64,000 nucleotides of DNA, from NCBI GenBank assembly GCA_002633005.1, contig NMRA01000692.1, positions 135,933-199,932 of the forward strand. The letters run 5' to 3'. The DNA is from Phoronis australis. Taxonomy: Eukaryota; Animalia; Phoronida. Numbering within the stretch: the stretch's first letter is position 1; every line of letters begins with the position of its first letter. The notes beneath the pieces were generated by a model. That model was not told the DNA's origin. It saw nothing but the letters and a program-made list of their open reading frames with translations, and did not search any database. Of the stretch, positions 26,001 to 38,681 are shown one piece after another. The translations under genes were made by a program, and so were the position numbers.

Positions 26001-29000
26001 TAATTCAAAACTTTCACTTGGTTCTCTATGTTGCAGTTTGTGACGCTACATGTTTTTAAAAAAAATTTCCAAGTAGGTGGCAAAGAAACACAAAAGATTA
26101 TTATTTTATCTTTATGTTACTTGTACACTCATATTTCTGTACCTTATCAGTCATAATAAATGACCTTATATCACCTATACACGTTCTCCTTTGTATCTCT
26201 GGAAACGGAGCTTGCGACGCACCTATTATTTTCGGGACATATTCCGAGCATAAAAGTGAAATACCAACAGTGTGGCAGCCTTCTAAGCATGTTTAGCAGG
26301 TACTTTCAAGATCTCTTGCAATCCGGCCGTAAAAATGTTTGCCGCACACACGGTAGTTTTGCATAGCTTGAACGAGCAACATTGCATTCTTGACACCAAC
26401 GATCCAACTCAAACGAATTTCATCGTCCGTTGGAAATTGGTTAAATAGAACTTCTATACTCTTTTAGAACTCATGATGCCTGCATCCCAGAATGTAACAA
26501 TTTCCAGGCAAATTGAATAAGAATTAGAGCAAGGAAAATACTGGCAACAAGTAGATTTACACGATGACAATCGCATGTGGAAAAAACAAAAGCACATGCA
26601 TGTAAACAAACCAGGCATAAACAGATAAACAGTTTAGAACACCAGGAATTAACTTGAAAATTTATCTGGGATAAACAAGTTGTAATTTAACCATAAACAA
26701 TAACAAAACGTCTCTAGAATTTGGGACACCAAATTGAAGCCGGAATTGAATTTTTGTGATTTTTAAGATTAAAACATGGATGATTTTGGCATTCGTTATA
26801 TTTCACAAATATCAGACACTGTGTTATTGTGTTTTGTATCAACAGTCTAAAAATAGACGTGGCAGTTCATTAAGTCATTGAAAAAAAATGCTGGCGACCC
26901 AAAATTTTCATGCATCCCGAGCGTGTATACCACCAAGGTGAATGATCGTTGATCGCAATTAGCGGCTAATGTTGCCCATTTCTAAAATTTGATACAAGCT
27001 CTGGCCTTGAGCAAAATTTTCACTGTCAAAACTACTTGGACTGCCTTCCTGGGAAGAACTAATTACAAGTAGTTGGCTTACAGCCCAAATGAACAGGAAG
27101 AAGGATCGTGTATACAGGATTGGCACAGTCAGATTATAAGTTCAAAGTAAATAAACAAATTATTTCTATTACCTCCCCAAGTTCCTCTTCCTTTCTGGGA
27201 ATTGCCTGAAAATAAAGAAGTAAAATAAAAAATAAAATCAAGAGGAAATGAAAATTGACATCAAAAACAGCCCCAACTGAGGTATCTAGTTTGAAAATAA
27301 AAACAATACCGGTGATTGGTTCTAGTCTGCGGATTTGTGCATTTTTTGAAATATGATGCGGTGTTGCAACATTTTTTAGTTTTCTGTTCATCAAGTTAAT
27401 TCAATATTAAAAAATAAGCACGGTTTGAGAAAAACAAGGAACTTGCAGGTTGGAAAGAAATGTCCCTTTAATGTTAATTTTGAAAGACACGTCGTTGTAG
27501 GCTTCAGAACATACAAATTGATCAAATGATAAGAGAGCGTGTCATTTTTTTAACACAGTCAAGCAAATAAACCAGACAACAGAACATTCCAGGCACAGGT
27601 TGTGTCCCTGGCCTGCATACAAAAGTGTGCCAAATCGAAGTGGGCACTTTCACATATCCTGTCACACATGGGTCATTGTTCTATCAACCTTTCATTACTG
27701 CTTTGATGATGACTTATCATAGCCAAAACAAAGGTTTGTGCATAATTAAAATACAATTCAGCTACTCCTATTGAAACACGCCCAATGCTTTAAAACACAA
27801 GTCTTTCAGAGAGGGAGGGTGGTCTATTCACAGAATAGTACCTGGAATTAATTCCTGTCCAAAATGCAGCAGAACAAAGCTTGGACAGAAGACATTTAGA
27901 CATAGAAAGACACAAACACAGGATGACCAAACACCACACAGCTCCTCATTTGATAACAAAATTCTCACCACCTGATCACCCCTGTAGGAAGTGTTTATGT
28001 ACTAGACTATAAAAAGTGGAGTTTAGAACTTCGCCACACACAGCAGTCAAATTTCAAAGTTACAGAGTTGACAAATACTCAAATTATGGCAAGTGAGTTT
28101 AGAGGACTATTAGCCTTGTTATTGGTTGGGTTTCTGGAGGTCACCGGACAGATGACCACAACTTTGGCTATGCAGCTGGCTGGGTGTTCTTACAAGATTG
28201 TACCAGAGAAAGGGTCTTGCCCTCAAGCAGACGGACAGCAGTCTAGTGCAGTAAGTGATTTATGAAAATTAAGTACCAGGTATGTTTGTCTTGTCAAACT
28301 GGCTATTGGCATGCCGTCAATAACAGGGCTGTAACGTAACATGTTGCCAATAACCGATATGGCAGATATTGAAATTTTATTTTGTCAAACCTCAACAAAA
28401 ACAAAAATTAAGCAAATTTCAGGCTGATATCACGTTGATTGGTATCAAGAACTAGTAAAAATATTTGATACCGTTACGTGTCTGTAATTTGCAGCAAGGC
28501 AGTCAGCCTTTGATAAATACAAATAATTTTAGGAATTATTTTTGTTAGAAATAAGTAAAGAATTATTGAAAACAAGTTCCTAAGTGGACGATGAACTATA
28601 CACAATGATTAGCAAACTGGTCTGTATTACCTTCACAAAATCTCATTAAAAATTGAATTTTAAATTGATTTACATAAAACCAAGTGAAATGTAGTTAAGA
28701 CTGTTTTTGCCAACTTCTTTTTGAACTTTAAAACTAAACTGTTCATGTACTGCTACTAAATTTTAACTAGTTTTCTTATTGCACATGTGTAGTTTCAAAA
28801 TCAAGCTTGTGAGAAACAAAAATTAATTGATCAAGTTACTAAATGGAAATAAACAGTTAAAAAGCATAACTTCATTAAATGCAGTTTGTGGCAAAATTGA
28901 AGATTAGAAATGAATGAAAATGAAGTTCGAGTATTGGAAATGGTTATTTTAGTACTTCGTTTTGGTCCGCCATCTTAGAATAACTAACAGCAATGCAAAG

Positions 29001-32000
29001 CGTTGAAATGCACCTGTGACTGTGTTAAAATGCTCATTAGAAACTCGACCCGTTTCACATGAAAAATCTTGCCAAAAAGTACTATGGCCAACAGAGGGTG
29101 CTACACTAGACTAAAAATCAACTGTAGTGGTGGACCTCAAAGCTTAATCTTAAGTTTAAATTGAGGGGCCTGATAGTGTCATTGCGGCAAAACGCAGACT
29201 TTGCCCAAAAGACCAGACTGACTATCCAAACTACAGGGTCAGGAATGGTGAAGAAGCAGAAGTTTTAAACTGTCTCTCTAATAACTGACAGACAAGGAAT
29301 TTTGCAATGAAAATTACAACTAAGCCAACATTGGGGGTGTTACGATAGTCGAAAACCACTAGCACTAGTAAGTCCCTGCCAAACATCTAACTCCTGTTAA
29401 AAGACTCAAAATATTCTTTGAATTAGTCTAACATAAATCAGCCAACAGATAAGATATCAAGTCTTATGTGAACTGTGAATCGTCTTCATCCATGTTCTAC
29501 GATTTCCTTCCAACTTTTTGTTTGAATAATTATATTGACATATGGGCAGTTGATTTGATGATTTTGAAATGCCGCTTCCTGCAGCAAGATAAAACCTACA
29601 TTCTATGTTACCACGACAACAGGAAATAAACAGCCTGCTGCAATTGGTCACCACACAGTCAACTATGATCATTCAGCAACAGATGGCATTACTGCAGTAT
29701 CAACACAAACTGGACAACATGAGTCAGACACTGGATGCCATGGTTTATAGGGAACAGGAAGAAGAGACCACTCTTGAGCACAGGGTCAAATCCTTGGAGG
29801 GTAAGTGGTCACTAACATTTACCAATTGACCATTAAGCTGCTTCAGCGGTGAAGTGGCAAAAGATACAAAGTGCACAAGCCTGAGGTCGACGTGGATTCA
29901 ATTTCTTCGGCTTCACTAAACATATTGTATAGTAGCTTTTATGAACATTAAGCAGTGCTGTGAAAATATCCCTTCCTTGGAACATAGAGACAAGTCTTGG
30001 AGAGAAAAGCAGAAAAACAGGACCAAAATACGTAATGTGTATCTTCCTATGGTTGAGTATCAAGTGTGATAATTGACCACATGCGGGGAAAATCCCACAA
30101 AAAAGTACTCTCGTGGTTTAATTTTTTAACACTACAAGTAAGCTTTTCCAACTTCACACTTTTATACTTGTGCACTGAGCAGAGTTCAAAGTAGTTACCA
30201 CAAGTTTGATTTACTCTCCTTTTGAAGACATAATTTTGGTTGATGGGACTCGAATGTAGGTTTAAAACTCCAAAGTACAATCTGCTAATGGATCAACTGC
30301 TCCCTTGCAGGACTAATTGTTGACATAGAAGGCTATAATGGTTGTTCAGACCTGCTGGTGTCTGGACAAAGCCCGATACCCGATAGCGCCATCACCGTGT
30401 CATCGTTCTGGAGTGCACCTCATGGCCCAGCAGCGGCGAGGATATACACAACCACTGGCGCCGGCTGCTGGGCGACAAAGGTGAACGACTATAACCAGTG
30501 GATAAAGTTTGACTTTGGACGGACCAAGAAAGTAATGGCCATACTGACCAAAGGCCGACACTCCAACTATGCACAGTTTGTGCGGAGATTTAAGTTGTAC
30601 TACAGCTCAGACGGGGCCAACTGGTCAGTGTACAAGAACGCCAGTGGACAAGACAAGGTACTAATGGCACAAAACTAAAGAGACTTGTCTCATAGGCATA
30701 GCAAGCACGCGTGCAATTATGCCCGGACGTATTTCAAAATTAGAACTACACCAGTAGCGACATGACATCCTATTTCTATTTCTGTCAAATGATTATGTTG
30801 TCGCTATCAACTCAATTCATATAGCCACGAAACTATAAAATTTAATACAGTAAAGGGTACAAATACAAAGTGTGAAAATACAAAGAATGTTGCCATAGAG
30901 TTTGATATTTAACGTTATACCAATCCGCTATTAACCGGGACAGGTGACCATGTCTTTTAAGAAAAATTTGGAAAAAAAGAAACTAAGGTAGACTAATAGC
31001 AAAACAACGATATCGAGAACATGATCAAATTTAGTTTGATACAAATGTTCAAGACATAATGGCAAAAATGCTGATTTCATTTTCATTTCACGTAAATTAA
31101 AAAATCCCTGTTTGACAACCTTTCGTGCAGAAGCAGAACATTTTAAAAACGATTTTTAAAAGCATTTTGAAGAACAGAACATAAAGCATCTCATCTGAAA
31201 AATTCACGCAACACAATCAGCCATTTCTGACATATGACGATCCAAAGCTAGGCAAATTTGAACATTTCTCTATGGCCCCAGTCTTTTAAGGCAATGTAGT
31301 GCCAAAGAAGAATAGGTATAATGTCCGACATCGATTCATTTAATTAAGCAAGCCAGCATGAATAACATGGATACACAGTAATTTTGTGTAAATGAACTGC
31401 AAATTATGAAATCATATTTTGTGTAAATGAACTGCAAACTACGAAATCACATTTAGTGTAAATAAACTGCAAACTATGAAATCACATTTTGTATAAATGA
31501 ACTGCAAGCTATGAAAATCACATTTTGTGTAAATGAACTGCAAACTATGAAACCATATTTCAGGTTTTCCCTGGGAACTTTGACGCCGAATCCGTGAGAA
31601 AGAATCACCTGGAACCAGCAGTAAATGCACGCTACATTAGGATCAACCCAGTCACATGGTTTGGACACATTTCAATGAGAGTCGACTTTTTGGGCTGTAA
31701 TCCATGAGCGCTGACACACAGAGCCCAAGGATGCAAACTGGACTTTTTAAAGTTGTAATTATATTGTAATTATAATGTAATTATTGTGAAAAATATAATC
31801 AAATTTCGATAAACATCAAAGAGGGATTCAAATAGGAGAGTTGTTCAAATGTTACTACAAAATGACAGCCTACAGAAATATTGAAATTTGGTTTGACACT
31901 AACTGACGATTTGTATATCAAGAAATAAAGGAAAGTTTCATTTACAACACCCATTGCTGTAAATTATACCAGTCAATCTGGACGCGGTTGTATGGAAGTT

Positions 32001-35000
32001 ATACTTTGGATACAAACAAGGACGCCTCCTGCTGCTATTGTTGAACAATGTACTTAACGTCACGTCACAATCAAACTTATTCAGCCACTAGATTTAAAGT
32101 TTTATGCAACCGAGCTTGGTTCTCCTATTCAGTACTAAATTATTTGATGACAACTAACATCATATTCTTTGAGTTTCACTCATAATAAAGTTGTGTGTAT
32201 GCATGGCAACTCTACCTGTAACGTTGGGTGTGTATCCATGGCAACTCTACCTGTAACATTGGGTGTGTATCCATGGCAACTCTACCTATAACGTTGAGTG
32301 TGTATCCATGGCAACTCTACCTATAACGTTGAGTGTGCATCCATGGCAACTCTACCTATAACCTTGAGTGTGTATCCATGGCAACTCTACCTATAACGTT
32401 GAGTGTGTAACCATGGCAACTCTACCTGTATTATGTTGGGTGTGTATGCATGGCAACTCTACCAGTAATCTTGGGGTAACAAAGACAGATTGCATACTAC
32501 TATAAACCTGGCACCATCTTGTTTCTTTCCCAGGTGAAAGGCAATTTCAAGGATTTTAAAGAATGTAAAATGTTATCGTATGTACAAGTTCATTTCAAGC
32601 CATAACTTCAGGCCATAACTTACGTAAGCCCAAAGTACTAGTACAATTTATAACAAACGATAATGCTGGAGAACCACCTCATTATGCATTGATGACCTAC
32701 TGTAAAATGCCCGACAGGATTTTTCATTGAACTGATACATATTCTGACACCCGGACTGGTCCAATAATTTTCCTCTGCATGTCTTATCTTTTGATCAAAG
32801 TACACTGCGCAGACAAGTACAAAATTGATATTCCGTCTTCGACACAGTAATTTGAACAGAAAAGGCACACACATTCATAAGCACTACCCGATCCAACAGC
32901 CGAGTCATGTTTCGCACAACATACAGCATCAAGGAATATTTGGTCAGTCTTAATAACAAGTAAGACTCAGATATATCTACATTTTATTTCAAACTGAGAG
33001 AAAGAATAAAAAATAATTTACTTGAAATTACTTCCACGGTCATTGTTGAAGGCTGAATGCAGTAAGTTGTAATTTCCAAGTTGCCAATTGACGTGTCACT
33101 TAGCAAGCAATATGACTGTAGGCTAATCAGGAACAGCATGTTCCATGTGTGAACACCAGGGAGAGCTTCTTGTTAGATAGAGCATAGTGGGTTTAGCATT
33201 TAGTTGCAGAACGAAACTGAATCTTGATAAGCATACCATGAGTGTTGTCCTTCGGGTAATGTAAAGTTACCTTTCGGAGTCATGAAGTTTATTGAAACCA
33301 CTACTTTAAAATCACTTACCTTAGAATGTTTATATGGAAATTTTTTCTCGGGATGCCAACATATCACAGTTTTCTTGTCATGTGACAAAGCCACTTGGAA
33401 ATCACTGCAAGTACGCAACAAACAATTCTTATCATTTACAGCCACTGTTCTAATACTAACTATAGTATTTTCATCCAGGACAACACACGGGGAATTAAAA
33501 TTACCAAACCCACCAATCAGCGAGTGGATGTAAAACAGGGTTACAAAGAGAGTTTTAGAAAAGTTGGGGATAAATGTTAACCTGAAGGAACCAATCGGGC
33601 TGTTGAATTTATTTGAGCTAGTTCACAGATAGAAGTCAAAGAAAACACTGCCTGAATATAGACAATTCACTGTTTATTTGTCACAGGTATTTGGCAAACC
33701 CAATGTCATGCATTGTATTTTTCATTGAGGATTTATAAGGACCTGTAAGTGTCAATTAAATAAGCTGGGGGTGGGTTTAAAACCAATGAGAAGTTTCAAA
33801 AAACGAACGAGAGCTACACCACTGAAATGCAACCATGATCGCATAGCAAACAATATGCCTCTGTTTGTTTCGTATAACAAGGCCATAATGATATCACAGC
33901 TGAAAATCAATTGGTGCTGGCAGCCCAGACATACACCTCTCTGTCAAGGTCCATCAAAAATTGGACAAACCATTTCGACAATAAGACAAGCATCGCAAAA
34001 GCAAAAACTAAAATAGGGTGTTATGGAAGTCCAATCTAGCTGATAACTACTTGATCATGATAGATTGCATCCATAAACCTTTACGTCAAGTTTCATCCAG
34101 ATCTGTCAAAGCCATTTCAACTACAATCTATATTAGACTATGCTCGATTTGGCGAGCAGGTCATCAATGCAACCTCAGATTACGTTTGGCGACCTGTCAC
34201 TACCAAGTCGCCACTGTGTGTATCAAAGTCAGACAATAATTCCCCGAAATTTGTATCAAAGTTTGTGATGACATCTAAGCATTAAATTACTAAGAGTTTT
34301 CCTAGATTTACGGTAATACCTTTGGTTCACAATTGTTCTGCTTATTTTGTGAAATCAGCGCATTTGGCACCATCAGCAGTCAGCAAACATCAAAACACGC
34401 TTAAATGACAACAAGAAGTAAACAGACGGAAATCAGAGAAGACGGAATTGTTTGGTAAAAATCAGGCCAGACCAGTCAAACCCGCGCCTCCAGTGTCTTT
34501 TTCAGTCGACAATTTGAACGAAAGTTTTGGCAACCTCATCTTTCTTTTGGTGACCTGGGATTTTTGCCAAGTCGCCAAATGTGACTTGTCGTCAAGCTAA
34601 GCCTTGAGCGCTGGAAGTTCAATGTCTAGTCAAAAACTAAAATGGCCAACAGAGGGAACTGCAGTATGAAAATCATCTGCAACTCATGGATACCCCTCAT
34701 ATATTTTTGCGTCAAGTTCCATAAAGATCTGCCAAGCAGTTTTTGCAATAATTCTCAGACAAAGCTAAAACGGACAACAGGGGTGCTACTGCATTCAAAC
34801 CAAATGGTAGCAGGGCAACTTCGCCATTCATCTCTGTATCAAACATTATCAAAATCAGACATTTTTACAATAACTGACAGACAAGCAATATCTATTGAAA
34901 ACTAAAAGATCTGTAAAGCTGTTACATGAGTAATTGACAGACAAGAAAAAGGCCGTTAAAACCAAAGTGGCCAACAGGAAGTGCTAGGTCATTCAACTTC

Positions 35001-38000
35001 GTCTGAAAAGTGACTGGCGGCGGCTGCACATTAAAAAATATACCTCTGTGTCCTATTTCAGTAAAATTATTTATTATTGTTGTTAGCTTCATATAAATAC
35101 AATTATAAAATTTACTAAAGATCCTGCAGTGTGTTTAGGAGATGCAGCTATCGACACAAAACAAAACTACCACTAGGAAGTGCCAAAGTAGTCGAATTAG
35201 TTATTGTCAACCGTCTTCTTCACACTGAGAACATACATGTCAATTTTCAAAATCATCCTTTATAATAATGTTTTGGTTGATCGAGGGGTGGACGCCAAAA
35301 AAAAGACTCGAAAACAGGAAAAATGGCCATTACATGGTGCAAAGTACCTCGATTCCATATGAAAAAGGGAGGATAGCATTATCTCACCAATAGATGCCTA
35401 TATGCCAAAATTTCTGAAAATCCATTGAGGGTTTTGAAAGATAGAGGTAAACGTAAAAAACTAAAATTACCACTAGGGGGCACACCCGTACTCAGAACCG
35501 TCCGAAAGTCCTCGTCAACATCATACTTGCTAAATTTAGTAAAGAGCCTGTTAACATTTTAGAAGATACTGTCATGTGTGCAAAGAAAAAAATGCCACTA
35601 GGAGGTGCCAAAAGAGTCGAAATTGTCAGAAAATCATCATCACTTGTCCTTTTCATAGTAAGAACATATAAATGCCAATTTTCATAATCATCCTTAGCGC
35701 GGTTTGGTTGATAGAGAGGTGGATGCCAAAAAACAGACTCGGAAACAACAAAAATGCCTACTAAGTGGTGCAAACTACATCAAATCAATCTGAAAATGGG
35801 AGAATAGCGTCATGTCACTAATAGATGCCTATGTGCCTAATTTTGTGAAAACACGTTGAGGACCTTGGAAGATATAGAGGTAAGCATAAAAAATAAAAAT
35901 TGCCACTAGGGGGCACACCGGTAGTCCGATGCGTCCGAAAGTTCGCTCATGCTGTCCCATCCATGAAAAGAACATGTGTGCAAAATTTCATGAATGTACG
36001 TGAACATGTTTTGGAGATAGAGTAGCGGACGCCAGAGGCACATCGGACGGACGCCGGACGGACAGACGGAGATGACGGCATAATGCGTCCACATATAAAT
36101 ATGTGGGCGCATAAAAATGCATCATGACCTTTGCTACTATATGCAGCATTGTTGACAACTTATAACACAATTTTAAGGTATTGTCTCAATTGAGCAATTA
36201 ATTAACTAAGAGTTAGTACCCAGCTTGTTGAACATTAACACCATAATCAGGCTGTAAACTGATGAAAGCATGTGCCCTACCAACAACAAACCATCAGGAG
36301 TACAATATAGTGACCATGGGTTGAAGACTGGTTACACTTACTTGACTGTATTGTGGACACTGTCTGAGTACTGTCTCGTCACTGCCATGCATGTCACACT
36401 TTGTCTTGGAAGAAGAGCTAAATGTAAAGAACAACACTGACTCAGCATCCAGCCAAATACTAAAAGTCCATAATGCACTGCTTGACATTAACGCCTGCCT
36501 ATTATATTGTATCGGGGCAAGTAGATTTTGAAGTCAGGCAAGTGGGGCATGGGTATTAGTTGTCCGACCAGGTCAGTGAGTATAGAAAGTAAAAATTTAG
36601 AAAACCATCTTCACTTGCCTTAATTCTATTCACTATAAGTCGATCTCAACCAGGATATTGGTTATCTGGACGTCTGATGGCTAGACAAAGCCACTGTCTC
36701 GACTGGCCCCAATAGAGACCTTCAAGGTCCTATAGGTGCTTCATCAGCCGGAAGCTTTTTGGAGAATTATACTTCATACTGATTACAACATCAAAGTCAC
36801 ATTGCTACAAGTACCTTTTGTGCATAAAGGGACACTGTACGAGATTGTCTGTCAGAAGTTGATTGTGGGTTTAGTTTAAAAAGTAACATATGCTTTGTGG
36901 TTGTGCGTGGATGGAGAGAGAACGAGTAACTAATTTATTATATAATAACCACTAATTAATACAAGTGAAACCTGTTGTTAATTAAGTAAACTAACAATGA
37001 AGAAGAGTAACAATGCTAATGCCATAGGATAACTTCAATCAGTTAACCGTAAACAAACATCTCTGCTGCTATCCAATCTGTAGGACTCTGTTCTCATTGG
37101 ATGACAGTGCTCTTGGTTGATCCCCATACTAACATACACTGTACTACCAAAATGTGCTTGCTGGTCACAGTCCTTCGTCATGCAACGACACGGGTAGGCA
37201 GTATCTGACTACCCACAATTCCTCTTCCTGGTCATAGTCCTTCATGACGCAACAAACAAAAACCACACAATCTAATCTAACCCTATCATTGGCTGTTACA
37301 ATCTGATCACAGAAATTTCCAGAATCCTTACAGAGCCCAGAACAAAAGAGGTGAACATCATCTAAAATACATGTAAACATCAAAAAAAAAATGTAAACTG
37401 GTTTGAACTTTGACCCAATGGTTTTAGAGGTTTATGTGCACAAATGTTGGGCAACTTCAATGGAACTAACTTTACTAATTCTGACCCATCAATGTCTTTA
37501 ATTCCTCCCAATTTGAACAAATGCTCCTGTAATCAAACCTTTTTTCAAACAGTCCTTCGTTCAGTTGCTTGAACGAAAGACTGCTAAAAAATATTTGATT
37601 ACGGAAGTACTGTTTCGAGTTGGAATTAATTAAAGACATCTACAGCCTCCTAAAGTGTCCCTCTATGCACAAAAGGTACTTATAGTAACATGACTTGATC
37701 TTTTAATCAGTTTGAACGACAATTTGATGAAAACCTGGTGGTTTATGAAGCCCCTGTATCAGCTTCACCATCTCTATTGAAGCCAGTCAAGATGGCGGCT
37801 CTGTCTAGCTGATGGCAAAATACAGCTCACTTATCATTAAATAAAAAAATCAGAGTACCAGGCTCAAGTAACAATACTGATAACTGTAAACATGCACCAC
37901 AAAGTGCTGGAAATACTGGAGATTATATGAATCTACAGGAAAATTCATTCTTTGCCCGAGAGCAGGCCTTCAACACGAGGTTGTCCAAGATGTTCAAATG

Positions 38001-38570
38001 GACACAATGATACAGATTTAGACAATCTCGCCCAGAGTGTCTAATTCTGAGTCAAGGCTAGGATGCCCTGTTCACAACGTCCTGTTCAGTATTTGGACAC
38101 TCAACATTATTTGAAAAATGAGTGGAGGCAAAATGAACACCACCTTTCTACACCTTTTGTTAAAACTTGGAGGCTAAAATTATGTGATTCGTCAGTTTTG
38201 TGGTTCCCCGGATGTTTGTTTTATTTATAGTGCTGGCGGAAGGCTGCTGACAGTCTTTCATCACGCAATCAGGCTGTGAGGGATGGGTACCTGGATTGGG
38301 TTTTACTGAAGCTTGAGTTACAGTAGCTGTGTTTTGGTGAGTACTTCTACTTCTACTTCTAGAGTTCTAGAGCCTCTAGGCCTAGCTAGTGAACCTGCAG
38401 TAATACAACAAATGCTACACAGGACTACATCGGTCATTACAAGACAAAAAGCACCTCAATTCATTACTTATGTATTTAACAAGAGGAACAAATATAAAAT
38501 CACCTTTTATCAAAGACGAATTAACTGAACTTCGTGACAGGCGATGCATAAGTTGTATGGAGGCGGCCAT
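17015..38570 (-). CDS. MRPL42: Mitochondrial ribosomal protein L42 (mL42)
   Basis: Exons (minus): 38570-38504, 36417-36342, 33404-33320, 27205-27173, 22026-21905, 17069-17015 (TAG), with matching phases. Presequence-like start MAASIQLMHRLSRSS; conserved VALSHDKKTVICWHPEKKFPYKHSK-AIPR and GPSDRELMKIFHTTRHRWDPK, versus recalled human [29 protein letters not shown] and [20 protein letters not shown]. Confidence 0.9.
17560..17975 (+). repeat. Dispersed repeat; related copies near 59620-60060, 61680-62170 and (inverted) 63750-63960
   Basis: Shared blocks TTTCTGAAAGTAGAAAGCC, TTGGGTCAC.TGACCATG and GTGAATCTGATCA.TCATT..TGAGATGTGATGTT. Confidence 0.55.
18278..18680. mobile_element. 403-bp MITE with 26-bp TIRs (Harbinger-like)
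   Basis: CTGTGCCCGGTTGCATGAAACAGTCC ... GGACTGTTTCATGCAACTGGGCACAG; no clean TSD. Confidence 0.7.
20874..21782. mobile_element. MITE with long imperfect TIRs (about 190 bp), TAG...CTA termini and 3-bp TSD TAA (Academ-like)
   Basis: TAA|TAGTTGAGTCGAAAAATGGCCCCC ... GGGGCCATTCTTCGACTAGACTA|TAA. Inverted similarity extends through the CCGGACTTCAACT and ATGCA..TTTTATG.AAAT.AGTGCC motifs. Confidence 0.7.
22604..26030 (-). mobile_element. Older HINE-like element with about 10 diverged tandem units, interrupted by a TIR element
   Basis: Repeated AAAATGGCCACTAGGAGGTGC units at 22700-24280 and 25800-26030. The family 3' end is recognisable as a reverse complement at 22604-22660. Confidence 0.6.
24282..25777. 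mobile_element. About 1.5-kb short-TIR DNA element inserted in the HINE-like array
   Basis: AATT|GACCTTACGCC ... GGCGTAAGGTC|AATT, with host units resuming immediately after. The TSD is ambiguous (AATT or TCAATTGA) because the target is palindromic. Confidence 0.7.
28008..28014 (+). promoter_or_regulatory. TATA box of the nested discoidin-domain gene
   Basis: TATAAAA starting 78 bp upstream of the ATG at 28086; AATAAA at 31924 downstream of the stop. Confidence 0.55.
28086..31707 (+). CDS. Secreted coiled-coil + coagulation factor 5/8 type C (discoidin) domain protein (about 277 aa), nested in an MRPL42 intron
   Basis: Exons 28086-28250, 29623-29800, 30311-30657, 31564-31707 (TGA), phases 0/1/0. 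Signal-peptide-like MASEFRGLLALLLVGFLEVTG, then a Cys pair, a Gln-rich heptad segment, and discoidin motifs IPDSAITVSS, GCWATK..QWIKFDFG...AILTKGR...FKLYYSSDG.NW, FPGNFD, ARYIRINPVTWFGHISMRVDFLGC. Confidence 0.88.
31380..31563 (+). repeat. 35-bp minisatellite x about 5, ending at the last acceptor of the discoidin gene
   Basis: Unit AAATGAACTGCAAACTATGAAATCACATTTTGTGT. Confidence 0.9.
32192..32467 (+). repeat. 35-bp minisatellite x8, each unit containing an RFX X-box-like GTATCCATGGCAAC
   Basis: CATGGCAAC at 32202, 32237, 32272, 32307, 32342, 32377, 32412 and 32449. Confidence 0.93.
34590..36117 (-). mobile_element. HINE/DINE-1-like element, same family
   Basis: The reverse complement begins TTTTTATGCGCCCACATATTTATATGTGGACGCAT, then GTCTGTCCGTCCGGCGTCCGTCC, then units colinear with 57210-59187. 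The left boundary is approximate. Confidence 0.7.
36670..37815. mobile_element. Decayed element with inverted arms of about 180 bp
   Basis: 36670-36840 (GCTAGACAAAGCC...AAGTACCTTTTGTGCATAAAGGGACACT) is the inverted counterpart of 37654-37815 (AGTGTCCCTCTATGCACAAAAGGTACTT...GGCTCTGTCTAGC). Confidence 0.55.
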
Positions 38571-38681
38571 ATTGGAAATCAACTGGTCCTTTGACATTTT
38601 GTAGAGAAAAGAAGTAAGCGATGACCAGGCGCTCAGATAGCGCCCCTGGTGGTTACTCAAAACACAGTCTTCCTGTTCGAA
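38571..38681. promoter_or_regulatory. Bidirectional promoter between MRPL42 and APEH
   Basis: Divergent start codons separated by only 111 bp. A YY1-like CCAATATGGCCGCC overlaps the MRPL42 ATG, and an ETS-like CTTCCTGT lies before the APEH ATG. Confidence 0.7.
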
